A stretch of DNA of 64,000 nt from the human T2T-CHM13v2.0 reference genome, Homo sapiens (GCF_009914755.1 NC_060927.1); one strand, 5' to 3'; shown: positions 1 through 12,960, counted from the stretch's first letter. The notes: a model not told the origin generated them from the letters alone. Numbers and translations: made by a program.

Positions 1-1348
1 ATCTTTTCTGCCTCCGTGGCTTTACCAAGTTTTCCTGAAACCCATTTTCTGGAAACAGGTGTTCACTAAGAGTTGCCTTTAAAACCTTAAAATGGATTCT
101 TAAGAGTTCAAAGTAGGTCGATGCCTCCCAAACAATACTAATACCAAGAGCTTCAGAATGCCTTGATATTCTGATCTCCCATGTCCCACATGATTATCTA
201 CTATTTTATTTCCACCTTGTTTTAACCACTCTCCACTCTCCACCCCTAAATCTATATTTACTTAAAACTTGCCAGTGTGTTTACCAACATATTTGCTCAC
301 CACTGCTTTTTGTATACCACCCCTTTCTTCTGGGTTCCATTCCATTCTTACTAAAGAGCACCCTTTAGTAAGTACTTTTGCCCATCACAACTTAACAAAC
401 AGAAGTCTGGATCTCTGACTATATCTTGCATGAAGGACGAGCTTAGCTGGTTTAAAACAGAACTATCCCACAGTTCATCACTACGATATTCTTTTACTTT
501 GCTAGAAAAAAAACAAAAACCAGCCCCTGACCAGGTTATGACTTTTAGCATTTGTTCAACTATTTTCCCTTTCTGGATAGAAATCAGCAATGGTCCCCAA
601 ATACATTTAGACAAATATGCTTCCATGAAGCCTGTATTTCTACAAAACTGTGACAAAGTGGGTAAGGTCAGTCTCTTGACAATCAGATTTGGGCCTTACA
701 TTGTGCCACCATAGGTTCTCTTAGCCCCACCCCCTTCTTTAGGTTTTTAACCTAAGTAACACAATACCACGTATTGCAAATAGAAAACAAATGATTCTAT
801 GTAGATGTCATGCTTTCAGAAATTCAATATTTATGTTGCCAAAATGTTCTCAGTAGATACTCTTTAAAATTCAAATAGTTATATTAAAATAGCTCATTCA
901 ATAATGTTCCCTAGAAAGTGCATTTTGCAGTGAAGACTTATTAGGCATGAGAGTCAGGGCTGCTCAAAATCAGCTATTACATAAAAGATATGATACAATT
1001 CTTTTAAGACTGTGATGCAGTTCTTATGTGACCCAAATGGAAATAAACATCATGTGGAATCCTGGGGTTTCAATTGTGTGCTTGTAATTCCAAAGTTATA
1101 TTATGGGGACCAAAAAAAACTCCCTGCTTGCTGCCTACCTGAACCCCATTCAAGAAAAGACATTTACAATAGCATGTCAGCCTTGCTGTCTATTCATTTG
1201 ACACCAAGCCAGCTGGCTTCTTTGGAGAGCACTAGAGTAAGAGCAGCTCTAGAATCTTGCCAGAAAATGTATCCAGCTGCTATCCAAAGACTGGGTGTGA
1301 AACACTATAAAAGTATTTCTTAGCCATTCTCCTCAGAGATCTTAAATA

Positions 1349-1570
1349 CAAGTTGAGTATCCCTTATCTAAAATGCTTGGGACCAGAAGTGTTTCAGATT
1401 TTGCATTTTGGAATATTTGCATCATACTTACCAGTTAAGCATCCCTAATCCAAAAAATCTGAAATCCAAAATGCTCCAGTGAGGGTTTGAGTGTCATATC
1501 AGCACTCAAAAAGTTTCCAATTTCAGAGTATTTCCAACTTCAGATTTTCAAATTAAGGATACGCAACCTA
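1349..1570 (+). mobile_element. Tigger4a/MER46A-type MITE (TcMar)
   Basis: Begins TA-CAAGTTGAGTATCCCTTATC..GCTTGGGACCAGAAGTGTTTC and ends ..GGATACGCAACCT (terminal inverted repeats). Confidence 0.8.
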
Positions 1571-1869
1571 TTGTATATCTCTAATTTGAAACTAGGGATA
1601 ATTAGAACCTATCTAACTTTCTATTACATAAGAACATGAAAAGTATTGTTGGTCTTTGTTTGCTTGTAACTCCATAGAATTGTTTTGTTTTAGTCCCTTT
1701 CAATTTTGGACTCTCAGCTTTGATAGTTAACAGAAATGAAAGCCTTGCATTTGCTGTGACATTGACACTGATGAACTCCAATGTGATTCTTAAAACCCAC
1801 TAAGACCCAGAGAAAAAAATTCCTTTAGAATACTTTGGTGTCCCGTTTTGAAAACCTGGCCATATATTT

Positions 1870-2120
1870 TATTAAAAGCTAAGGTCCCAATAATTCCATT
1901 TCCGAGAATGTAATCTAAGGAAGTAATCATATATATGGAAAAAACTATATGCACCATGATGCCTTCTAAATTATTTGTAATTGGAAAAAGCTGGAAGTAA
2001 CGTAAGTGTCCAAGCGTAGAATGTCTGTGCAAAATGGCACACGATCCAGATGGATTGTTATACAATCATTAAATAGTATTGTTAATGCACTGTGGAATCT
2101 TTCTGTGACAAATGAAAGCA
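1870..2120 (+). mobile_element. Old L1 (L1ME-like) 3' fragment
   Basis: Degenerate cccaataattccatttccgagaat...ggaaaaagctggaagtaacgtaagtgtcca, resembling the L1M ORF2 3' end. Confidence 0.55.
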
Positions 2121-2121
2121 C

Positions 2122-2178
2122 TGTGTGTGTGTATGTGTATGTGTGTGTGTGTGAGTGTGTGTGTGTGTGTTTGTGTGT
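2122..2178. repeat. Imperfect (TG)n microsatellite
   Basis: Read directly. Confidence 0.95.
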
Positions 2179-2295
2179 TTATGGAGGTGATCCTGGATAG
2201 GTGATATGAAATTCTGACTTGTCCAGCTTCTCTTGATACTATTGGGAAGTTGGCAGACACACAGGCACTTACTAGCATAAGCTGACTTCCATAAC

Positions 2296-2301
2296 TTTAT
2301 T
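2296..2301 (-). terminator. Candidate distal poly(A) signal AATAAA of RAD18
   Basis: Plus-strand TTTATT; position fits the expected 3' UTR length. Confidence 0.65.
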
Positions 2302-2359
2302 CTAATATTTTGTATTTTGGAACCAAAGGAGTCAGAAGATGCATGCATCAGTTTCTGGG

Positions 2360-2715
2360 TGTCCATTTGTGCTGCCAGAAGAAAATACCACAGTCTGGGT
2401 AAATTATAGACAATAGAAATTTATTTCTCACAGGTATGGAGGCTGGTAAGTCCAAGATCAAGGCACTGGCAGATTCCGTGTCTGGTGAGGACTGCTCTCT
2501 GCTTCCAAGATGGTGTGTTGTTGCTGAGTCCTCCAGAGGGAACGAAGACTGTGTCCTCATGTGGCGGAAGGGATGGAAGGAAACAAAACCACTCCCTCAA
2601 GCCCTTTTAGAAGGACCGTGACCCCATCTATAAGAGCTGTGCCCTCACGACTTAATCACATCCTAAAGTTCCCACCTCTTGTTAAGTTTCAACACATGAA
2701 TTTTGGGGAAGACAG
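2360..2715 (-). mobile_element. MaLR LTR (MLT1A/MST-like) in the 3' UTR
   Basis: aatttatttctcacag..ggaggctggtaagtccaagatcaaggcactggcagattc..gtgtctggtgagg..aagtttcaacacatgaattttgggg. Confidence 0.8.
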
Positions 2716-2839
2716 GGATAAGGAAAGAACATGGTGATTAATGCTGTCCCCCTGGACTGATTTTCAAGCTTTCTATGGCAAGAGTTTATAGGCAAAAACA
2801 AAATCCGTCCATTGCATGTTTGATAGTGCCATGAACCTC

Positions 2840-2990
2840 TCTTTTGTTGCACTCATCACAGTTGTACATTAATCTATATAATTACTTAATGCTCATCTTC
2901 CCTTCTGATCTACAAGCTCCATCAGGGCAGGAACTGTCTTTGTTTTGCACATTACTTGACATATAGTCCTAATAGTTGAAGGAAGGAAGG
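2840..2990 (+). mobile_element. L2 3' fragment followed by a GA-rich tract (2979-3088)
   Basis: ctacaagctccatcagggcaggaactgtctttgttttg is a typical L2 3' end. Confidence 0.6.
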
Positions 2991-4333
2991 ACAGGAAGAG
3001 TGGAAAGGAAAGAAAGGTAAGGGGAAAGAGAAAAAAAAGGGGGTGGGGAAGAGAAAAGAGAAAGAGTGAAAGGGGAAGAGAGAGGAAGCAAATTTTTGCA
3101 CAGGACGCTGTGGTCCGGGTGATAGTACACTAGCAAACCAGGAAAGCACACTCCCATTTCCACTTGGAACACAGCAAGGCCAAGAGACTGAAATGGACAG
3201 GAAGGCAGGGCTGCCCTAGCACTTGGCAGGTTTGCATCTTGGGGCTATATCGGGGATGGCGTCCTAGGCAAGGTAGGACTTTCCAGCAGGGCCAGCCGCA
3301 GTGCACGTGACAGAGCAGCGGTGAGGAGGGCAGATGCTGGTAGAAGTCTGTCGGGGGGAGCAGCAACATATGCAAGCATGGACTTGTATCTGTATTCTGA
3401 ATATCTGAACCTGGGGATACCCAGAAATACACAGAAGGAATGGAGAAATGCCCCCTTTAAGGTCTCAATGCAGGTAGGGAGTATAAAGTCAGTATCATGG
3501 GTGTTAATGTAAATACTTGTTTACAGCCTCAGATAGTTGTTCTTAAGGATGTCTAAAAACAGACTAAAAACCAAAAAAAAATTACTGAAATGGTAAAAAA
3601 TGTAATGGTTGTGGTTTTCCCTCTTATGTTCATACTTTCATAATATGTACATAACAGACAGAAGTGTTTCTCATTTGAATAATTGCTACTTTCTTTTATC
3701 GGATGCTAAGAAGTTTGAAATCCATTGTTTCTGGGTTTTTTTCCAGAAACAGTTCTAGCCTTCTCTATGTTGTCTATCCCTGTTGACACATCAGTCTTTA
3801 CCATATAATTTTGTTTTTAAAGGCATACCTCCCTCTATTATATACATGGTCTTATGTGTATGAATTCTTTTTTCAACTAGACCAGTAATCCTCAACATGA
3901 GGTCGAAAAAGAAAGACGAGAGTAGAGGATGAAAGGACGGCCTGGCATACTAGGCCATCTAAAGTGCATCCAGCAGCTCACCTGCACCCCCACAAACCAT
4001 AAGCATCACTGCCATTCTGAGCTGATGTCGATGGGAGATGTTATAACTTTGAGGGGAGTGAGGAGGTAGAAAGAGTTAATAACTCTGAATTACTGTAAGT
4101 TTGGTGAGAAACTGTATTTTCACTAAAAGGTGAATTTTAGAACCAGAAGTTTATCAGTTTCAATTTTGGATCTATTACTTACTCTAAGTTCCTTAATCTT
4201 TGTCAGATGGATATGAACATACATTTCTTTCAATGTATGAATATTAAACATATGCTAAGTGCTAACAGATAGTGCTCAATAAATGCTCTTTAGACCTTAC
4301 TTTTCAGGTAGACTTGGGAGTTCCTTTACATTA

Positions 4334-4932
4334 CAGGTTTCTCAGTCTTGGCACAACTGACATGTTAGACTGGATAATTCTTTACTGTGGAGTGTTGTAG
4401 TCTAAAGCGTGCCCCTTAACCCCTACCACTAAATATGTTGGAAGTCTTAACTGCCGGTATCTCAGAATGTGACAGTATTTAGAGATAGGGCCCTCTATCT
4501 AAAAAAGAGGTAACTGAAGTAAAATGAGGCCATACGCATGGGCCCTGATCCAATGACTGCTGTCCCTACAAGAAATCGGGACACCAGTCCTGCACAGTCA
4601 TGTGCACACAGAGAAAAGACCATGCAAGGACACCATGAGTGGAAGCCAAGGAGAGAGGCCGAAGAAGAAACCCTACTGATCTTGGACTTCCAGCCTCCAG
4701 AATTCTGAGAATACACATTTCTGTTGTGTAAGCTTCCCCGTCTGCAGTATCTTGTGACGGCAGCCCTGGCAAACTAATCCATGAGGGTTGGGTGTTTAGC
4801 CTCATCCCTGGCCTCCACCCATTGATACTGGTAGTACCCCTCACCACCCTCCACCTCCAAAAGTGTCTCCACACATTGCCAGCTGTCTCCTGGGGGGCAA
4901 AATCTTTCTGCCCACCCCACTGGGAACCATTG
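4334..4932 (-). mobile_element. MER20 (hAT) split by an MLT1B insertion
   Basis: Left part caggtttctcagtcttggcac..ggataattcttt (4334-4392); right part tgtttagcctcatccctggcctccacccat..ctggggggcaaaat..gggaaccattg (4782-4932). Confidence 0.85.
4393..4781 (+). mobile_element. MLT1B-like MaLR solo LTR nested in MER20
   Basis: TG start, ctcagaatgtgac..tatttagagataggg, gatcttggacttccagcctccagaa, ends ggcagccctggcaaactaatcCA. Confidence 0.85.
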
Positions 4933-6564
4933 TTCTAGATGATCTTTGGCCACCTTTGTATTCCCAGTGTCAGCACAGTGACAGACATAGATAACCAAAT
5001 ATTTGCTGAATGAACTCATGTGCCTACTTTCCCAATCTTGGGTCTCACCGCTCCCTCACAAACTCCTTTTGCTGCAATTAAAGTAATAATTACTTCCAGT
5101 TTAATTTATAGACTATATAATTTGTCATGAAACAAACAGTTTTCATTTTGACATAATTTCTGACAACTCAGTGACATAAATATATCCATGTGAGCTCCTA
5201 TTTTGTTTGACATGCTCACTTACCTCACATCAGTTCTGCCGATAGATTTGGTAAGTGGTGCTTTTAGTTTCCTTAATGCACCCCTCAGGATTTCATGCAA
5301 ATGAAATTATTATGACAAATTTTTCTATAGCCATTTCTAACACAGGGAACTCATAAAGAAATCAAATGTCTGCACTTCACTGTGAAAACACTAAACTCTC
5401 AGCCATAATGAGACTCCACACATTATCAGAAACCCCAAGGCATACCAAAAAGACAAGGTCAACGGAGACAGTCTTTGGAAGGGGAGGTCATAAATGTTGA
5501 ATCTGGCAAATCATAAATTTCTTGTCTTAACATTGCCGCATTTACTATCATCTCATTTGAAAGCTGATGTGTTTGGGCTGGGTGATGGCAGAGGGGTGGG
5601 AGTTGGGGGATGCTGGCTCTGAAATGCCAGAGAGGCATTAAGAACTCTGGAAGCATCTGGCTACTGGTAGACATTTTACACAGATAGCAATTTCTGACCA
5701 ATCCATTTCAATGATTTCTAACCCATACTCAACTATCCAGAGGATACTGTTTTAAGAACATTATTGTAAACTGATACTCTCTATTCATTTACAAAATTCA
5801 TTCATTGCATACTTTTTGTTTAATAGCTTGGATTCAGTGTTACAGATTTGATTGACCCAAGTGAAAAAATACTGACACTAATCATTTTTAAGTGCTATTT
5901 CAGAAGAATATGCGCAATGTTTCTAAGTTATTGTGACTTTGTGACTGTCGTAGCTTTAAATTATAATACTAATATCCTACTCTGAGAAATGTGTAAGACA
6001 CAGGTCTAACAAACAACTACATTAACCTCGGGCAACAACCATCATGGAGCTGCTGTAACACAGGCATGGTGGTGGCGTGCATCGGTACTTACACACACCA
6101 AGGATGTGAACTGACATCCCGCCTTTCCAAAAACAAACATTTAACTCAACTGTTTCTTGCAATAAAGAAGTTGAAAGAATCCTTTTGTGAGGCTGGATTC
6201 TCCATGGAAGAGAAGGAGAATGGCCTAAGGACATTCTGAAATTTAATTATCAAACCAAACCAAACCAAACCAAATCCCTGTGCCAAAGTGCCAAAGAGTC
6301 TACCTCCTCTGCAAAGCTGGTACCTGTGTGAAATGTCAGTATTTTTAGAGAGAGATGTTTTAGAGGCAGGAGGCAACTGACCAAGTAAGGATATTTTGTA
6401 ACATTTTTCCCCTCTGGAAAAGCAGAAAAGAATGAATATCAGCTAACCGTAATATTTAGAATTTAGCATCTTTCCTTGGGCATTTATAAATAGAAAATCT
6501 ATCTGTGGCAACCAAAAGTACGGTATTCTAATCAATGCATTTGAAAAGTCAGCAAAAGCCCACA

Positions 6565-6667
6565 TTAATTCCTATTACGCTTGTTTCTTGGTTCAATCTC
6601 AGCACTTTCAGCGGCTCTTGTGCGGCGATTCTGTCTTGGACTTATTTCTGTGTCTTGAAGATCGTTT
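6565..6667 (-). CDS. RAD18: RAD18 exon 13 coding part (103 bp incl. TAA), C-terminal NLS, aa 462-495
   Basis: Acceptor ttcAG|A AAC GAT CTT; NDLQDTEISPRQNRRTRAAESAEIEPRNKRNRN then TAA at 6567-6565. Confidence 0.96.
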
Positions 6668-6909
6668 CTGAAGACAGAAAAAGGAAATGACATCTTGGAA
6701 AGTAATGATTATTGTACAGCAGTTTCTAGTTTACAAGTGTTTTCACACATATTATTTCATTAAAACCTCGAAATAATCCTCTATTCTGTTGATGAATTCA
6801 TAATTGTTATTATTAGTATTTCCACTTTATGAATTAGTGAGTTAGCAAAGATCACAGATAGTAAATGAGCTCTGAACCCCTTTTTCTGAATTAAAATTTA
6901 GGAGTTTTA

Positions 6910-8530
6910 TGCTTCTGTTTAGCATGTAGAGGGCTGGGAAAAAACGGCAAACAAAAAGCTGCTCCCATCCTAACAAGAAAAAGCCAGACAGTCTAACAAA
7001 ATCTTAACTCTGTTTGATCCTTCAGAGACCTGAGGTTTTAAAGGAACTAAGAAAGTAAAATTCCAAAGAAAAATATGCCCCTCCAAAGATGGGCCACACT
7101 TCTCTCACTTTTGGCAGAGTGTTGGAGAACGAGGTGGCTGCCATACAAACAGGTAAGAAGAATCAGCTAAGATTTTCCTAATTTCTTAAATACAGGCTAG
7201 TATTGCAGGCCCCTGACACAAGGAGAGTCTGCACACACTTGCCAGCTCTTTTCCACGAGCCTCCGTCAGGTGCTCACAAGAAAGACTGGGAGCAGGACAG
7301 GTGAATGGAGAGGGGCCACTTCAGTGGCTACGGGGGACAGGAAGAAGTCCTGCCTGCTCTCCTGAATGCTTCTCTCCCATGAAGCATAAGCTTTTCAGTT
7401 GCTGAGGGAAACACAGGAAACTCCCCCTGGGGCTCTAGCAAAGACCTATGGCCTCTGGGGAAGGAACAGAGGTGAAATCAGTCTGCCTCAAGGGGAGGCA
7501 TATGACCTCATTTGCAGGAACGCAGGCAAAGATTCACTGCTGCAGGGGGAATGGTAGAAACTAAAACCTCTACCTTACAGGAGGGGCAGTAAATCATCTC
7601 CAGCTGATGACCTTACACTGACACCACGCAGAGGTTTGGTCAAGTAGCCAGATACCATGGGAGGAGGTGGAAGTGCTGAGAAAGGCCCACCCCTGAGACT
7701 CAGGCACACAGGGCCTACCTAAGACTCAGGCTAGACTGAGATAACAGTGAACCCCGGCTGTTTCCCACCATCAGCCTAGCAACAAGCAATAAGCAGGAGC
7801 AGGAAATGGCTGAGGGAGAGACACAGACATGGTGAAGATATGCCCCTATTTGGTGCAGGAAAGCAAGCATGGCTGAAAGGAAAATGGGAGCAAAATCAAT
7901 GAGAAAAACCCTCTGGCAATCCAGCCCCAACACTAAGCAGAAGTCAAAGCAGCCACCTGCTAGAGTAACTTGAAGTGGATGCACTGAAGGTCACATTAGT
8001 CACTAGGAAACTCCAATCCAGGTCAACTCTGAATTACCCAGCTCAACTCCCCACACTAATGACCCAGTAGAAGGATGTGCATTTCTAGGCACAAACACTA
8101 TCGACCTCAGTCCCTATGGTCCTTCACTGCATGGCCCGCATTCAAAAAGTATGATACACAATGAAGCAAGGGAAAAACCCATTTCGAGATGGAAATTCCT
8201 TCAATAGGCTTTAAGTGCAATACACAAAGTTGATAAAAAGACTTAGTGAACTTGAAGGTATGTCAATAAAAACCAGATTAAGATACAAAGAGAAAAAGGA
8301 GTATGTGAGGGGGTGCACATAGAATAGAGCAGCCAAGAGCTGTGGGACAATAAAAATGGCATAACATGTGTATAACTGTAATACCTGGAAGAAAGGAGAG
8401 AAAGAACTATGGATAATAAATATGTAAATATATATGGCTGTGGATTTTCTAAAAACGTTGAAACACTTCAAATCAAGATCAAAGTTGGTCAAAGAACCCC
8501 AGTCATGAGAAATACCAAAAATAAACAACC
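6910..8530 (+). mobile_element. Ancient L1M (L1ME-type) 5' end and ORF1 remnant
   Basis: Colinear similarity with 40400-42200 (e.g. cctacctaagactcaggctaga vs cctgcctaagactgaagctaaa) followed by A-rich ORF1-like sequence. Confidence 0.6.
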
Positions 8531-8544
8531 AACAAACAAGATCT

Positions 8545-9600
8545 CTCCAGGATTTGTTGCTGTTGCTGTTTGCTATTATTGTTTAGTGACTTTTCTAAAC
8601 CAATCCTATAAATATGTATTCTTTGTTGTATATGGCAACTAAAAGTGTCTGCTTGATTAGCTTTGTAGTCCACTAATGATTGAACAGTTCCTTAGACATC
8701 TGGAACCAATATCATACAGAAACTCAGCAAAACCAGTCTTTGCTGGTGGGTTCTGTGTCTGTGCTGGGGCATGCAATCAACATTCACTCAACACTCAGTG
8801 GACAACTCTGCCTTAGCCTTTACTTCCTGCTTGCACACAGCCTCATGGTTAACCAGAGGTGAAAGTTTAGCGCTTCCTTAGGTCTTTCCTAAGCATGCAC
8901 GGAAGCTCTATGAATGAGAGTGACCCTCTAGATTCCCAGGAATATTTTATAGCTGTTCAAAACCCCCATGGAAATCTTATTCTTCAGCTTTTACCATTAG
9001 GCTTTTTGGTTAGCATATCATTTACCCCAACTGTTATCTACCACCTCAGACAGCTGCAAAGCTAGTCAAATGCCTCTAATTGCTTTCAACAAACACCCTT
9101 AGATAAAAGGCTTTTTGAATTCAGCAAGCTCCAAGTCAGGTAAAGTAAAGATAGTCTTGCAAGTAGAGTCTTCCAGGGAACCATTAGACAGGCTAAGTAA
9201 AAATAAAGTAAAGATAGTCTTGCAAGTAGAGTCTTCCAGGGAACCATTAGACAGGCTAAGTAAAAATTCTCTGGGAATGTGGCTTTAAAGGGGCTCCAAC
9301 CCCGCTCTGCCTTCTCTGGGGACTGTCAGCCTGCTGGTCCTCACCATGACTGCAGACTGTTGGCTCCCAAGGCCATAGAGGAACTGGAGAGAGAAGGATG
9401 AGAACAAAGCCAGTCGAATCACCACAAAGCTCACTGTTCTCACTGAGATTCAGACATTTTTCTTGAATAAATGACCCCTACCTAAATTGCTGCTGCTTTT
9501 GGTTAATTTTCAGAGTTTTCCTAAAAGTTGATTCTGACAATTTTTGCAGTTTTGTTATTGCTTTTATGGAGCAGAGAATTTCCACCATTTTTGCTATCAC
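8545..9600 (-). mobile_element. Ancient L1M 5' region fragment, opposite orientation
   Basis: Resembles recalled L1M4-type antisense sequence; subfamily uncertain. Confidence 0.5.
9141..9266. repeat. Perfect 63-bp tandem duplication
   Basis: taaagtaaagatagtcttgcaagtagagtcttccagggaaccattagacaggctaagtaaaaa at 9141-9203 and 9204-9266, identical. Confidence 0.97.
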
Positions 9601-10720
9601 TCTTATCATTTTTACTTTTTTTTCATGTTTTAGTTTATGTTCTTAAAATCTCTCAACTTTCACCATGTCAAATTTTTTATCTTAATGTTTTATCATCTTT
9701 ACTTATTTGACTTCTGACTCTTTTTAAGGCTTAAGTTTTAGTGGGATGTTCCTCCTTACTTTTAACTTCTATTTTATCACTCTCTATTCTCATACCTTGT
9801 TTTTAATAATCCTTTAACAATTTTCAGTAATATTTTCTTTCCAAGTTTCCCCTCTTTGATTTGCCTTTATGATAGCTGGCAACAGACACAGCTATTGAGG
9901 TAGTGCAAGAAGTCATCTATACTTCTTCCACTTCCTTAGCAGGGGAGTTCCTGGCAAGGATCTCAGCGGTTCTCCCAGAACAATTCTCTAAAACACCTCA
10001 TCCCCTAAGATGCAAGAATCCTAATAGAATAACCCAGCCCACATTTTTTTCCATGCATGTAACACATTGACTTACTGGAATAACACTTCATAAGATCTCA
10101 CAGGTACAGCAGGTTTTTAAATTCTTGGTCTCCAGCAGGTATTACTAATGAATTTCTTTTAGTAAAATTTGACAATAGCATGTTAGCCAGATGGGAGGAT
10201 ATTCCTGGGGAGGGCCACAGTGAGGCATCTATCTACTGTTAAAGTGTTGAATCTACTGAATGCAAAAACATGCCTTAGGAGATCTGGCCATTCATCATCA
10301 GCCTGCTTCCAATACACATTATTTCCAGGATGACCTACTTTCCTTCTTGGTAGGCCCATAGAAAGAATCTCTTGGTGTGTGGCTCTCCTTGCCTCATGTT
10401 GATTAAAGAGACAGTGGTCAGATCAAGGACCACTGTAAACAGGCCTGAGTTTCCTTTTATTCATTTTTTTAAAGATGGGATTCACTGTTTTCTTGCTGCA
10501 AGTACTTTCAATTACAGTAATTGTATCATTTAACAAACATGACAGGCTCATAAGTGCATGCAAACAACTTCTTATGGGTTTAAGATGAAATGTAGACTAT
10601 TAATAGAGAAAATGATTCTTCCTTTTCCGATTTTATAAGATTAGAGAAAGTTATTTTCTAAAATTTTCTTTTAAAGGCACTATGAGATAGAGACAAAGAG
10701 TTAGCAAGATTTTTAAGTGG

Positions 10721-11646
10721 TGTTAGCTTAAAAATCAAATTTACAACTTTGGAAAGGAGCCTTTATTTCTTATAAATGATTACAGCCAGAAAGGTGACCA
10801 CTCTGACAAGGCTGAGAAGTGTTAACTCTGGCAGAGCCCAAAAGACAGGCACTGTAAGGGAGGGAAGAGGGAAAAGGGATTTATGGTGAATGTGTGGACC
10901 AAACATACATATTCAACAGGTTACAGGAGGAGCTATGATTATTCATAAAGGGGGATCCTAATGCATGTCCTAATGCATGCATGCATGTTTCACACAACCC
11001 ATGTTCATTCTGGGGTGGAGACTTAACATTTAAATATATTACAGTTAGGCCTTACATGTCAAAAGGTCTTTCTAGGACATAAAGGCACCCAACTGCTCAG
11101 CCACTATAAAACTAGCCAGAACCAGTCCATGGTCAGTGGTCTCTTATCAGGAGAAAGTTATTGAAATCAGTCTCTTGTCAAACCAATGCTGTAGTTATAG
11201 CTTGTGGAAAAGGGTGGGTCAGTTAGTCAGCATCTGGCAGTTGTATAGATGTGCTACAATTGTTTTAACATTGTTTATCTCAAGGCCAGTGCTTGTTTAG
11301 CTGCTAGAGAAAAAGAAAAACCTTGTGGCAATTAGAACATAATTACTCTTTAAGTGTGGGGTGATTTACTTAACCCTTGCCTGGCAAGGCCTTAGGTCTT
11401 GTCTATAATTTGGTATTTTATTGCCACAAAAAAATCTGTTCTGTCAGTCCTATGATCTCTATTCTAACATTAATGTTGGCCAGTTGTTATGTCTACACTG
11501 CAAAAGGGAGGAGGTATAATGAGGCATGTCTGACCTCCTGTGCTGTCATGGCCAGGGACTGTTTTTAAGGTTTCTATGGGTCCCCTTGGCCAATAGGGGA
11601 GTCTCTTCAGTCAGCTGATGGCTTAAAATTTTGTTTTTAGTTTACA
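10721..11646 (-). mobile_element. Complete solo ERV1 LTR, MER49-like (926 bp)
   Basis: TG...CA termini; 4-bp TSD GTGG (10717-10720 and 11647-11650); minus strand starts TGTAAACTAAAAACAAAATTTTAAGCC; AATAAA at 10762-10767. Confidence 0.85.
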
Positions 11647-11756
11647 GTGGTGATCCTTATTCATTCACAGGTTCTTGAAGCCAAGTAAGAACATAGAATC
11701 TACTAGTGAATACACTCAGATCCCATAAACACTGACTGACTGACTGACAGACAGAC

Positions 11757-12640
11757 ACATTCATTCATTCACATATTTATTGAGTGCCTATGCTGGGCTG
11801 CCCAGGCACAGTGCTAGGTGCTAGGGATTTAAAATCCAGTGTACTTACTCACTAGAAAGGGTGAGAGTGCTGCTGGAGCAAAATCAGGGGCTTCTGAACA
11901 GAGTATGAAGAAAGGAATGTCAACTGCTATCTAGATGAATAAAGGGGAAAGGGCAATTTGGACAGAAGCAGCGGCGTGTGCAAAGGCCAGAGGCAAGGCG
12001 GTGTAACTCATGAGGCAACTGTGAGTGGTGCAGCTTGGCAGCTTGGCCAAAGCCACAGTTGTGGGGTAGGGAAGTGAGGGAATAAAATTCCATGAGCCAG
12101 CCAGGTAGGCTGGGGCCAGAACATGAAAAGCCTTGGATGGTGGAGAGCTACTTTAAAGTCTAAGGGGGAAAATACCTGTATGTTACGTTTCACTGGCAAA
12201 ATGAACTGGTAACAGACCAAGGCAGAGAGACAGCTAGACAGTGGTTGCTGCAAGCTGGAAAGTAAAGGGCCTGCAGGAGTAAGCAGTGGCACAAAGGGAT
12301 TGAGACAGTACAGAAGCTGCCCCAGCTATACCTAGGAGCTTGTTAAAATGCCAATCATTAAGCCCCTTCCTAAAGCTACTGAATCAGAATCTCTAGGGGT
12401 GGAGTTCACTAATCTGTAGTCTAACAAGTCTTCCAGGTGATTTTAAGTCTGTGAACCACTTATTTATAGGACTTTGCAAGTGACTGCAGGTGAGTGGTAA
12501 GGGAGAGTGAGAAGTTTAAAATAATTGCTAGGTTCTGGCTTGAACAGTGGGGAGGACTATGATCCTACCATTCACTGAGAAGAGGGGACACTGGAGGAGA
12601 CGCAGATCTGGAGCAAAGGGCTTAGACTCACTGAAGCATA
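11757..12640 (-). mobile_element. L2 fragment interrupted by a MER5A-like element (~12320-12460)
   Basis: cattcattcattcacatatttattgagtgcctatg (L2 3' end, reverse); ctactgaatcagaatctctaggggtggag..aacaagtcttccaggtgatt (MER5A). Confidence 0.75.
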
Positions 12641-12759
12641 TATATTTTACTCACATTTATGTGTAAAGAAACTGAGACCCCAAAATGTGAAGTAACACCA
12701 GGACCATTTTCTATTTTCATTCTGTTCAATGTAAATATATCTTGTAGCTTGTTGTTGTT

Positions 12760-12960
12760 GCTTTTTGGTTGGCGTATCATTTGCCCCAACTGTTATCCGC
12801 CACCTCAGACAGCTGCAAAGCTAGTCAAATGCCTCTCATTACTTTCAACAAACACCCTTAGAGAAAAGGCTTTTTGAATTGAGCAAGCTCCAAGTCAAGT
12901 AAAGTAAAAGTCTTGCAAGTAGAGTCTTCAGGGAACCATCAGACAGGCTAAGTAAAAATT
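12760..12960 (+). repeat. Dispersed ~200-bp direct copy of 9001-9204
   Basis: Manual alignment: 11 substitutions and 2 small indels over ~203 bp. Confidence 0.95.

Larger units (their letters stand above)
2280..6564 (-). other. RAD18: RAD18 long 3' UTR (about 4.3 kb; distal half largely TE-derived)
   Basis: Follows the stop codon; distal end inferred from the minus-strand AATAAA at 2296-2301 and the recalled ~5.7 kb mRNA length. Exact cleavage site is not visible. Confidence 0.7.

Noticed and set aside
200-380. Possible old L1 fragment on the minus strand
   Set aside because: Similarity too weak to call by eye.
6910-8200. Similarity to 40400-41700 as a segmental duplication
   Set aside because: Highly diverged and explained by two independent insertions of the same ancient L1 5' family.
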